A stretch of 36,529 nucleotides of DNA, from positions 3,878 through 40,406 of the forward strand of contig JAJQAL010000023.1 of NCBI GenBank assembly GCA_021203815.1, written 5' to 3'. Position numbers and translations under genes: made by a program. Positions 1 to 8,373 of the stretch are shown piece by piece. The stretch comes from Coprobacillus sp. (GTDB taxonomy: Bacteria; Bacillota_I; Bacilli_A; RFN20; CAG-826). The notes below the pieces were generated by a model that made no database searches, had not been told where the DNA came from, and was given only the letters and a program-made list of their open reading frames with translations. Within the stretch, counting starts at the first letter, position 1. Every line of letters starts with the position of its first letter.

Positions 1-1497
1 AATTTTGATATCTATGTGAGAAATGATAATTGGAACTACTATGACACCTACCGAATTAGACTAGCGGGTTTTACCCTTGGTAACTCTAATGCTTTCTATC
101 ACTATAACCATAAGTGGAACACAGTAATCTATTCTGACCTCTATTATGACTTCTCTGAATATGTGGGGGAGGAACACGAAACTCCATGGACGATGGAGGA
201 AATTCATTACCTAGAGTGCCTTGATAACGCGGAAGAAGTCTATGAATTATCCCTTCATGATGAAACCTTCTCGAATGCTTTTTTAGATAAAGGGAGTAGC
301 GACTACTTTTATAACTTTGAGAATTATGATTACGATGAAGAAATCTACTCTAACCGCTTATTAGCGTTTTGTAATACTTATGAGTATCTCTCCCCAAATA
401 CCGCTTCTGAAATAATCGAAAATGAACCTAATATCACCTCGGTGGTGTATGGTAATGACATGGGCTACGCTTTATATGGCTCTTACTTCATGACCGGGTT
501 TGCTAGAGAAATGTATTTCTCTTTTAACTATGATAGCATCATGGAGGTCGATAACTATTTATCCGCTTATAACCTCGAATCTGGAACGGATTTTAATCCC
601 GATTCATCGGTCTTAAAAGGTCACTATACCCAGGTTGCAAGTACCGGAGTGGTCTTTTCCCCGCTTGACGAAGAGGAGATATATATGGGACGGCCCCCTA
701 ATGATATAGGTGAAGTCGCAATATCCACTGCCTTTCTCGATGCGGTAGAGCTAGATTATGAAAAAGCGCTTAATCTTGAAGAGCTATGCGTTTTATATGA
801 CTATGAGGATAACTACCTTGCTAATAATTCTGTAAGAAAGGACTTTAAAGAAGATGTCCTCCACGTCGTAGGTATCATCGAGTCAGACCAAATCGCTATC
901 TATCAAGACTCGGATTGGCTCATCTCTTACTTTATGTTTACCTATGATGTGTCATCCTTTAGTCTCGTTCCCTATTCTCTCGCTTTTAACATCAAAGATG
1001 TTAATAAGATGGACGAAACTATCGAAGCACTAGAGGAATATCTTCCTGGATATACAGTCTATAATCCAGTGAGTCAGCTTAGTGAAAGTGTTCGTGAGGT
1101 CTCTGACTATATTTCTCTAGGTATTCTTATTATTTCAGTGGTGGCCCTAATCGCATCTGCTCTCCTTATCTTTGCGATGATTAATATTCTCATCATCGAG
1201 AATAAAAGAGACTTTGGACTCCTTAGGTGTATAGGAGTAAACTCTAAGCAGTCCTTTAAGATGGTTGTGGGATATGGTCTATATTTAAGTATCTCGTCCT
1301 TCATTTTATCGGTCATCGAGCTGATAGTGGTGGTCCTCGTCTTATCCTTTACAACTTCTTCTATTTCCTTTGGTATGTCCTTTTTTACCTCTCTAATTTG
1401 GATGGCCTTAATTGCGGTTATTGTGTCCCTAGTTGCCTGCGCTCTCCAGTATCGAAAGATCACCCGTCTCGACCCCTTAGAAGCAATTAAAAGGTAA
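1..1497 (+). CDS. FtsX/MacB-family ABC transporter permease, 5'-truncated by the window edge
   Basis: Frame is open from position 1. Large acidic extracellular region with 'GRPP..IGEVAIS' and 'VVGII' MacB periplasmic-core-like motifs, then a C-terminal FtsX domain ('ENKRDFGLLRCIG', 3 TM segments, ending 'LDPLEAIKR'). Confidence 0.85.
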   Translation, partial: NFDIYVRNDNWNYYDTYRIRLAGFTLGNSNAFYHYNHKWNTVIYSDLYYDFSEYVGEEHETPWTMEEIHYLECLDNAEEVYELSLHDETFSNAFLDKGSSDYFYNFENYDYDEEIYSNRLLAFCNTYEYLSPNTASEIIENEPNITSVVYGNDMGYALYGSYFMTGFAREMYFSFNYDSIMEVDNYLSAYNLESGTDFNPDSSVLKGHYTQVASTGVVFSPLDEEEIYMGRPPNDIGEVAISTAFLDAVELDYEKALNLEELCVLYDYEDNYLANNSVRKDFKEDVLHVVGIIESDQIAIYQDSDWLISYFMFTYDVSSFSLVPYSLAFNIKDVNKMDETIEALEEYLPGYTVYNPVSQLSESVREVSDYISLGILIISVVALIASALLIFAMINILIIENKRDFGLLRCIGVNSKQSFKMVVGYGLYLSISSFILSVIELIVVVLVLSFTTSSISFGMSFFTSLIWMALIAVIVSLVACALQYRKITRLDPLEAIKR

Positions 1498-1513
1498 TTC
1501 ATTACCTTCTTTA

Positions 1514-1541
1514 TTGCTTTTTACGATATTTCTAATATAAT
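1514..1541 (+). promoter_or_regulatory. sigmaA-type promoter for ychF operon (TTGCTT-16 nt-TATAAT)
   Basis: TTGCTT 1514-1519 and TATAAT 1536-1541; ATG at 1556 with no clear SD. Confidence 0.55.
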
Positions 1542-1555
1542 AGCAAATAGAAATT

Positions 1556-2674
1556 ATGGGACTAAAAGCTGGAATTATTGGACTACCGAACGTTGGAAAA
1601 TCAACGCTTTTTAATGCGATAACGAACTCTCATGTCGAGGCGTCTAATTATCCTTTTGCGACTATTTCCCCAAATACCGGTGTGGTTAATGTCCCCGATA
1701 ATAGACTTGATGATCTCGTTTCTATTTTTAACCCAAAAAGAAGAATTCCCGCGACAGTGGAATTTATCGATATCGCCGGGCTTGTTAAAGGAGCCTCTAA
1801 AGGGGAAGGACTTGGAAACCAGTTTTTAGCGAATATTAGAGTGTGTGAATCAATTGTTGAAGTGGTCCGCTGCTTCCTTGACCCCGATATTATTCATGTC
1901 GACGGCAGTGTGGATCCAATTAGAGATATCGATGTTATTAATCTTGAACTCGTGATGGCGGACCTTGAAGTGGTGAATAAACGCATGGAGAAAGTCGCCA
2001 CCAAAGCGAGAGTGAATAAAGATAAAGAGTCCCAGCTTGAGATGTCAATTCTCACTCCACTTCAGGAGGCATTCCTTAAAGGAATACCCGCGAGAAACCT
2101 AACCTGGACTGAAGAGCAGCTTACCTATATGAAAGCGAATTACTCTCTCCTCACTCTTAAGCCAATCCTTTATGTCTGTAATGTCGGAGAGGAAGATCTC
2201 CTCGATTTAGATAGCTGCGCTAATTATCAACTTGTCAAAGAATACGCCGAAAAAGAAGGTAACGAAGCAATTCCAGTGTCCTGCCAAATTGAAAGTGAAC
2301 TCTCCGAGCTTTCTAAAGAAGACCGGGAGGAATACCTAGGGTCTTTAGGAATAAAGGAAGCGGGACTAGAAAAAGTTATTAAAGCCACTTATAAACTTCT
2401 TAATCTTTCGACTTTCTTTACTGTCGGTCCTGATGAATGTAGAGCGTGGACTTTCACTAACGGTATGCTCGCCCCTGAATGCGCCGGGATTATTCATACG
2501 GACTTCCAAAGAGGATTTATCTGCGCCGAAGTTTATCCTTATGAAGCGATTGAAGAGTTAAGAAGTGAAACTGCCGTCAAGGAAAAAGGAAGGGTTCGTA
2601 CCGAAGGAAAGAACTACCTCGTAAAAGATGGAGATATTCTCTTCTTCCGTTTCAACGTTAGTAAAAATGGATAA
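1556..2674 (+). CDS. ychF: redox-regulated ribosome-binding ATPase YchF
   Basis: GLPNVGKSTLFNA, NYPFATI, DIAGLVKGASKGEGLGNQFL, C-terminal TGS 'AGIIHTDFQRGFI..EGKNY.VKDGD'. Confidence 0.98.
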   Translation: MGLKAGIIGLPNVGKSTLFNAITNSHVEASNYPFATISPNTGVVNVPDNRLDDLVSIFNPKRRIPATVEFIDIAGLVKGASKGEGLGNQFLANIRVCESIVEVVRCFLDPDIIHVDGSVDPIRDIDVINLELVMADLEVVNKRMEKVATKARVNKDKESQLEMSILTPLQEAFLKGIPARNLTWTEEQLTYMKANYSLLTLKPILYVCNVGEEDLLDLDSCANYQLVKEYAEKEGNEAIPVSCQIESELSELSKEDREEYLGSLGIKEAGLEKVIKATYKLLNLSTFFTVGPDECRAWTFTNGMLAPECAGIIHTDFQRGFICAEVYPYEAIEELRSETAVKEKGRVRTEGKNYLVKDGDILFFRFNVSKNG

Positions 2675-3161
2675 AGTTGGCGTTGGAGTGGATATCCACC
2701 CCCTAGTTAAAAATAGACCTCTTATCATCGGAGGAGTAACTCTCCCTTCAAAGAAGGGAGAAAAAGCCCACTCGGATGGTGACGTTTTATATCATGCGCT
2801 TGTAGATGCACTTCTAGGAGCGCTCGATAAAGGAAGTATTGGTGACTACTTCCCAAGTAGTGACCCAAAGTATAAAGATATTGATTCGAGCTTTTTTGTT
2901 TTTGAAATTAAGCCTCTTGTCATCGAAAGTGGGTACCGTATCGCTAATATCGATGCCTGTATTCAGCTTGAATCCCCTATGATTAGTGAATATGTACCCA
3001 TCATGCGAGACAATATATACGCTTTACTATCTGATTTAGGTCTAGCAAAAGAGTCTATCTCCATTAAAGGCGGGACTAACGAGGGTATAGGAAAGATTGG
3101 AAAAGGCAAAGCGGTCAGCGCTATTGTCAGTGTTCTTCTTTATAAAGAAGAGGATAAATGA
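2667..3161 (+). CDS. ispF: 2-C-methyl-D-erythritol 2,4-cyclodiphosphate synthase
   Basis: 'GVGVDIH' and 'HSDGDVLYHALVDALLGA..G.IG..FP..DP' motifs. Likely start is ATG 2667, overlapping the ychF end, rather than 2628. Confidence 0.95.
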   Translation: MDKVGVGVDIHPLVKNRPLIIGGVTLPSKKGEKAHSDGDVLYHALVDALLGALDKGSIGDYFPSSDPKYKDIDSSFFVFEIKPLVIESGYRIANIDACIQLESPMISEYVPIMRDNIYALLSDLGLAKESISIKGGTNEGIGKIGKGKAVSAIVSVLLYKEEDK

Positions 3162-3167
3162 TATTAT
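3159..3167 (+). promoter_or_regulatory. extended -10 (TG-a-TATTAT) 7 nt upstream of argS ATG; leaderless candidate
   Basis: TGATATTAT at 3159-3167, ATG at 3175, no SD between them. Confidence 0.5.
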
Positions 3168-3174
3168 TTGACTT

Positions 3175-4797
3175 ATGGAAATTACGCTTTATCTAAAAGA
3201 AATAATTCAAAAGAGTCTCACTCTTCTTGGAATCAATGCCCAGCTTAAAGATATCGTCATTGAGAAGAGTAAAAATCCTTCTTTTGGTGACTATTCCACT
3301 AATGTGGCCATGAGGTTTTCTAAAGAGCTTGGAATGCCTCCAGTGGAAGTCGCAAGAAAGATCATATCCACCCTCGATAAGGATCAAATCGAGAAAGCGG
3401 AGATTGCGGGTCCTGGTTTTATTAATATATTTGTAAAGAATACTTATTTAAGTGAAGGAATAAAAACTATTCTCGAGCAGGATAGTAAGTATGGAAGTGG
3501 GAGCGATAAGCACCTAAAAGTTAATGTCGAGTTTGTTTCCGCTAATCCAACTGGTGATTTGCATGTTGGACACGCAAGAGGCGCCGCGGTCGGTGATGCT
3601 CTTGCCCGTATCTTATCTTTTGATGGGTATGAAGTAACAAAAGAGTACTATATAAATGATGCGGGAAGTCAGATTGATAATCTTGCGCTTTCAATTCTAG
3701 CGCGTTACCGCGAAATCCTTGGATTAGACTCTGAGATTCCTGAAGATGGTTATCACGGCTACGATATTATTGTCATTGCCCGTGAACTATATAACGAATA
3801 TGGAGCGTCTCTATTAGAGAGAAAAAATCTCCTCGACTTCCTTAAAGACGAAGGAATCAAAAGAGAGATGGTAAAAATCAACGAAGACCTTGAAGCCTAT
3901 GGCGTGCATTTCGATGTCTATACTTCGGAAAGAGAGCTCAGAAGGCATGACTCTATTCCCCGTGAAATCGAATACCTAAGGCCCTATACCTATAAAAGTG
4001 AAGGCGCTCTATACCTTGCTACCTCTAAATTCGTGGATGATAAAGACCGTGTGATTGTCAAGTCAAACGGAGAATATACCTATTTCCTCCCCGATATCGT
4101 TTATCACGTCGATAAACTTAATAGAGGAAATAATCTTCTTATCGATGTTTTAGGTTCTGATCACCACGGCTATATCCCTAGGCTAAAAAGCGCCCTTATG
4201 ATGCATGGGTATCCCGAGTCTATCCTTGAGTGCTCGATGATTCAAATGGTCAGATTTATGAAAGACGGGGAGGAGATTGTTGCATCAAAGAGAACTGGAA
4301 ATGCAATTACCTTAAGAGAGTTAATCGATGAAGTTGGGAAAGACGCCGCGAGATATTATTTCGTTATGAGAAGCGGTAGTGTTCACTTCGACTTCGATTT
4401 AAATCTTGCAGTGGCCCAAAATTCCTCTAATCCTGTTTACTATGCTCAGTACGCTTACGCTCGTCTCTGCTCTGTCCTCGAACTTGCCTCTAAGCAGGGC
4501 CTTGCCCCTTCCGATAAGGCGAACTTAGATAATGAAGACGAGCTTAATCTCCTTAAGGAGCTATTATGTTTCCCAATTGAAGTGGAAGCCGCAGCCTCTG
4601 AAAGAGCTCCATACCGCATTACTAACTATATTCAGTCTCTCGCAGAGCAAATTCATCACTTCTATACCGTGTGTAAGATTATCGATAATAAGAATCTTGA
4701 GGCCACAAGAAATAGATTAACTCTCGTTAAATGCGCACAAATTGTGATGAGAAACGCCCTTAATCTCATTGGAGTGACTCCATTAGAGAAAATGTGA
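3175..4797 (+). CDS. argS: arginine--tRNA ligase
   Basis: FGDYSTNVAM, GPGFIN, VEFVSANPTGDLHVGHARGA (HIGH-like), SKRTG, NPVYYAQYAYARLCS. Confidence 0.98.
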   Translation: MEITLYLKEIIQKSLTLLGINAQLKDIVIEKSKNPSFGDYSTNVAMRFSKELGMPPVEVARKIISTLDKDQIEKAEIAGPGFINIFVKNTYLSEGIKTILEQDSKYGSGSDKHLKVNVEFVSANPTGDLHVGHARGAAVGDALARILSFDGYEVTKEYYINDAGSQIDNLALSILARYREILGLDSEIPEDGYHGYDIIVIARELYNEYGASLLERKNLLDFLKDEGIKREMVKINEDLEAYGVHFDVYTSERELRRHDSIPREIEYLRPYTYKSEGALYLATSKFVDDKDRVIVKSNGEYTYFLPDIVYHVDKLNRGNNLLIDVLGSDHHGYIPRLKSALMMHGYPESILECSMIQMVRFMKDGEEIVASKRTGNAITLRELIDEVGKDAARYYFVMRSGSVHFDFDLNLAVAQNSSNPVYYAQYAYARLCSVLELASKQGLAPSDKANLDNEDELNLLKELLCFPIEVEAAASERAPYRITNYIQSLAEQIHHFYTVCKIIDNKNLEATRNRLTLVKCAQIVMRNALNLIGVTPLEKM

Positions 4798-4858
4798 TGA
4801 ACAATTAATGTAAAATATAGTAAAATATTTTAGATATAAATTTGAAAGGATAATAATT

Positions 4859-5287
4859 ATGAGCGTAAACGAACTTGATATCGCCTACGATTATCTCAAA
4901 AGTGTCGTTAAGGACCAAGCCTCATTTCAGCATATTTGGGAATATGTCAAAAAAGAAAGTGGAATGAGTGTGGAAGAGTCTGAAGCCCGAGTTTCTAAAT
5001 TCTTCACTAACTTCATGTTAGATGGAAGATTTGTAAACATGGGGGATAACATTTGGGATCTTCGTGAAAGACAAACCTTTGATAAGGTTCATATCGATAT
5101 GAGAGATGTCTATAACGATGTGGAAACCTATGATGAGGATAGCGAAGAAGAGGAAGAAGAATACGGTGATGTAGAGGGAAGAGAAGAGCCCCTTGAAGAG
5201 GGTGAAGAAGAAACGATTGAAGTGGACGAAGAAGATGAAGAAAGAGAAGAATCCCCCTACGAAGACGACCTTGGCTATGAAATTTAA
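4859..5287 (+). CDS. rpoE: DNA-directed RNA polymerase delta subunit
   Basis: 'DGRFVNMGDNIWDLR' HARE-HTH motif plus a long Asp/Glu tail; SD GAAAGGA upstream; lies between argS and fba as in Bacilli. Confidence 0.92.
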   Translation: MSVNELDIAYDYLKSVVKDQASFQHIWEYVKKESGMSVEESEARVSKFFTNFMLDGRFVNMGDNIWDLRERQTFDKVHIDMRDVYNDVETYDEDSEEEEEEYGDVEGREEPLEEGEEETIEVDEEDEEREESPYEDDLGYEI

Positions 5288-5308
5288 TTAACAAAGGAGA
5301 ATAAACTT

Positions 5309-6175
5309 ATGGCATTAGAAAGTATGAAAGACATGCTTCTCAAAGCAAGAGAAGGACATTACGCCGTCGGTCAATTCAACATCAATAACCTCGAGTGGGT
5401 AAGTGCGATTCTTGACGAAGTTCAAGAGCTTCAGGCCCCTGTTATTCTTGGTGTTAGTGAAGGCGCCTGTAAATACATGGGTGGCCCTCATGTGGTCGTG
5501 GAAATGGTGAAAGCCTATATCCTCGATAATAACATCACTGTTCCTGTGGCCATTCATCTCGATCACGGACAATCCGTTGAGATGTGTAAGAAGTGCATTG
5601 ACGCTGGCTTCACCTCCGTCATGATTGATGCTTCTAAATATCCACTTGAAGAGAACATTCGTCTCACTAAGGAAGTCGTGGACTATGCCCGAAAGCATAC
5701 CCCCTATGTTTCCGTAGAAAGCGAGCTTGGCCGTGTCGGCGGTCAGGAAGACACGGTGGTCGCGGAAAGTATGTACGCTATCCCAAGTGAATGCGTTGAG
5801 CTTGTTAAGGCCACTGATATCGATGCCCTTGCCCCTGCTCTTGGCTCGGTACACGGACCATATCACGGCGAGCCTAAACTAGGATTTAAGGAGATGGAAG
5901 AGATTGGTAATCTCGTCCAGATGCCTCTTGTCCTCCACGGCGGTAGCGGTATCCCTGATTTCCAGATTAAAAAAGCCATTCAATGCGGTACCTGTAAGAT
6001 TAACGTCAACACGGAGTGTCAAATTGAGTTTGCGAAAGTCGTCCGTGAAGTCGTCGCTAAAGATAGCGAAGTCTATGATCCACGTAAGATTTTAGGCCCC
6101 GCGAAAAAAGGAATTACCAAAGTAGTCTTAGAGCACTGCGAGATGTTCGGCTGCATCGGTAAAGCCGCTGAGTAA
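5309..6175 (+). CDS. fba: class II fructose-1,6-bisphosphate aldolase
   Basis: [52 protein letters not shown]; SD AAGGAG. Confidence 0.97.
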   Translation: MALESMKDMLLKAREGHYAVGQFNINNLEWVSAILDEVQELQAPVILGVSEGACKYMGGPHVVVEMVKAYILDNNITVPVAIHLDHGQSVEMCKKCIDAGFTSVMIDASKYPLEENIRLTKEVVDYARKHTPYVSVESELGRVGGQEDTVVAESMYAIPSECVELVKATDIDALAPALGSVHGPYHGEPKLGFKEMEEIGNLVQMPLVLHGGSGIPDFQIKKAIQCGTCKINVNTECQIEFAKVVREVVAKDSEVYDPRKILGPAKKGITKVVLEHCEMFGCIGKAAE

Positions 6176-6236
6176 AAAGAAATTAAAACCCAGTTTTAAT
6201 ATATAATATTTCAATAATTTGAATTAGTTTTATTAT

Positions 6237-6269
6237 CTAAGAAGAGCCAACTTACTACCCTCTTCTTAG
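6237..6269. repeat. perfect 10-bp inverted repeat (CTAAGAAGAG-13 nt-CTCTTCTTAG), possible fba terminator or cysQ leader hairpin
   Basis: Arms at 6237-6246 and 6260-6269; no strong U tract follows. Confidence 0.5.
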
Positions 6270-6290
6270 TGTATTTAGAAAGGACTAGTA

Positions 6291-7070
6291 ATGTATCAAA
6301 AGCAACTTGAAACCGCGATTAAATGTATTAAACACTGCCAGCAGATAATACTCGATGTTTATTATAACGAGAATTTTACCGTTGAAATTAAAGACGATAA
6401 CTCCCCCGTTACTATCGCCGATCGAAGGTCCGATAAATACATTAGAGAGACCCTTTCTAAAGCCTATCCAGATTATGGACTTCTCACTGAGGAGTGTGAA
6501 GACGATTTATCAAGGCTTGATAAAGAGTATGTTTGGATCGCGGACCCACTCGACGGGACAAAAGATTTTGTCGCTAAAGACGATGGATTTGTTATTAATA
6601 TCGCTCTCTGTCATAAGCATGAAATCGTTTTAGGCGTCGTCTGTATCCCGGCGTATAAACAAATCTATTGGGCGATTAAAGGAGAAGGGGCCTTTAAGAG
6701 AGTGGGAGATGAAGACATCCCGATTCACGTTAATAATAAAAAAGAAGACCTCCTCTGTCTCGCTAGTGTCTTCCACTTTGCGGAGATTGAAGCGATGTAT
6801 ATTAAAAAACACTCCGACCAAATCACGAGAACCGCGAAATGTGGATCCGCGATTAAAGCCTGCCGCATCGCTGAAGGGGAAGCGGAAATATCTTACCGTC
6901 TTAACCCTAATACGAAGGAGTGGGATACCGCCGCTCCTGAGATAATTGTCGAAGAAGCGGGAGGCGTCTTTGTAAAACCAGACCACACGAAATATGAGTA
7001 TAACCGAGAAGACGTCTATAATAGAGAGGGCTATGTAATTGCGAATTGTCTTGAAAATGTTCTTTTATAG
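6291..7070 (+). CDS. cysQ: 3'(2'),5'-bisphosphate nucleotidase CysQ / inositol monophosphatase family
   Basis: KDDNSPVTIAD, EE, WIADPLDGTKDF, GSAIK.C.IAEG, EWDTAA motifs. Confidence 0.85.
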   Translation: MYQKQLETAIKCIKHCQQIILDVYYNENFTVEIKDDNSPVTIADRRSDKYIRETLSKAYPDYGLLTEECEDDLSRLDKEYVWIADPLDGTKDFVAKDDGFVINIALCHKHEIVLGVVCIPAYKQIYWAIKGEGAFKRVGDEDIPIHVNNKKEDLLCLASVFHFAEIEAMYIKKHSDQITRTAKCGSAIKACRIAEGEAEISYRLNPNTKEWDTAAPEIIVEEAGGVFVKPDHTKYEYNREDVYNREGYVIANCLENVLL

Positions 7071-7078
7071 TCTACAAT
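7051..7078 (+). promoter_or_regulatory. promoter TTGAAA-16 nt-TACAAT for nfu-like gene and tRNA-Gln
   Basis: TTGAAA 7051-7056 and TACAAT 7073-7078, overlapping the cysQ 3' end. Confidence 0.5.
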
Positions 7079-7094
7079 AAATTAAGAGGGAATT

Positions 7095-7427
7095 ATGGCG
7101 GATAAAGAAGTTAGTAGTGGAAGTGAAAACATTGAAGTAAAAGTCGTCTCCGAAGAAGAAACGATTAAAAACATCAAAAAGACGCTTGAAAAATTAAGAC
7201 ATTTCCTCCAACGTGATGGGGGAGATGTAGAATTCATTTCATACGAAGACGGTATCGTCTATGTCTCGATGAGCGGCGCTTGTGCGGACTGCTTCCTCGC
7301 TTATGACGATATTAAACAGCTCGTTGAAGTCATCCTTCAAGAAGAAGTTGAAGGAGTCCTCGAAGTTAGACTTGCGGATTATGACCGCATCAAAAAAGCG
7401 AAAGGTCTAACGGAACAATTCTATTAA
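7095..7427 (+). CDS. NifU C-terminal (Nfu/YutI-like) Fe-S cluster carrier
   Basis: LEKLR.FLQRDGGDVEF...DGIVYV.M.GACADC (CxxC) signature. Confidence 0.92.
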   Translation: MADKEVSSGSENIEVKVVSEEETIKNIKKTLEKLRHFLQRDGGDVEFISYEDGIVYVSMSGACADCFLAYDDIKQLVEVILQEEVEGVLEVRLADYDRIKKAKGLTEQFY

Positions 7428-7430
7428 TAT

Positions 7431-7506
7431 TGGGGTATGGCCAAGCGGTAAGGCATTGGGCTCTGAACCCAAGATTTCCTAGGTTCGAATCCTAGTACCC
7501 CAGCCA
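7431..7506 (+). tRNA. tRNA-Gln(CTG)
   Basis: Acceptor TGGGGTA/TACCCCA, anticodon arm TTGGG-CTCTGAA-CCCAA, T arm CTAGG-TTCGAAT-CCTAG, encoded CCA. Confidence 0.97.
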
Positions 7507-7515
7507 AGAAAATAT

Positions 7516-7536
7516 CACCCTTCGTGGGTGTTTTTT
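7516..7536 (+). terminator. rho-independent terminator after tRNA-Gln
   Basis: CACCC-TTCGT-GGGTG followed by TTTTTT. Confidence 0.85.
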
Positions 7537-7629
7537 CTTTACTTAGTGGGGATTTGCACCCTTTTTAAGTTAAGATAAAGTTAAAATGCCTTTATATAAG
7601 GTATTTTAATTTAAAAGCCTATTTAAAAT

Positions 7630-7638
7630 TGCTATAAT
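7630..7638 (+). promoter_or_regulatory. extended -10 (TG-c-TATAAT) of ABC transporter operon
   Basis: TGCTATAAT ends 24 nt before ATG 7663. Confidence 0.6.
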
Positions 7639-7662
7639 TTAAAAGGAAAATAAAAGGTTTTT

Positions 7663-8373
7663 ATGAGTGAAGAAATTATTTTAGAAGCTAGACATCTCTG
7701 TAAGGAATATCAAAGCGGGCCTAACGTAGTCAAAGCCATCAATGATTTTAATCTCTCCGTAAGAAGAGGGGAACTTTTAGTGGTTTTAGGACCGTCTGGC
7801 GCCGGGAAGACGACACTTTTAAATCTTATTGGCGGGATGGATGTCCCCACAAGTGGAGAGCTATATGTAAGCGGCGAAGATATTGCTAAATATAATAGTA
7901 AACAGCTCACCGATTTCCGCCGTAATAGTGTGGGTTTTGTTTTCCAGTTTTATAATCTTATGCCTAATTTAACTGCAAAAGAGAATGTTGAACTCGCTTC
8001 CGAGCTTAAAAAAGACTCCTACACCCCTGAAGAAGTTCTTACTAAAGTTGGTTTAGGAGACCGACTAGATAACTTCCCCGCTCAGCTTAGTGGAGGCGAG
8101 CAGCAGCGTGTCTCAATTGCGAGAGCGGTCTGTAAAAATCCTGACATCATATTATGTGATGAACCAACTGGTGCTCTTGACTATAGCACCGGAAAAATGA
8201 TCCTCGCTCTCCTTCAAGACTTTTCTCGTCATGAAGACAAAACAGTAATTATTGTCACTCATAACTCCGCTTTAGCGGATATGGGGGACCGTGTTGTTCA
8301 TATAAAAAACGGACAAATTGAAAGTATTGATACGAATGAAAATCCTAAACCAATAGAAGAGATTTCCTGGTAA
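7663..8373 (+). CDS. ABC transporter ATP-binding protein, LolD/MacB/SalX family
   Basis: Walker [28 protein letters not shown], Walker [11 protein letters not shown]-loop VTH. Confidence 0.97.
   Translation: MSEEIILEARHLCKEYQSGPNVVKAINDFNLSVRRGELLVVLGPSGAGKTTLLNLIGGMDVPTSGELYVSGEDIAKYNSKQLTDFRRNSVGFVFQFYNLMPNLTAKENVELASELKKDSYTPEEVLTKVGLGDRLDNFPAQLSGGEQQRVSIARAVCKNPDIILCDEPTGALDYSTGKMILALLQDFSRHEDKTVIIVTHNSALADMGDRVVHIKNGQIESIDTNENPKPIEEISW

Noticed and set aside
5130-5270. GAA/GAG-rich low-complexity repeat
   Set aside because: Explained by the acidic tail of RNAP delta; not a DNA repeat element or CRISPR.
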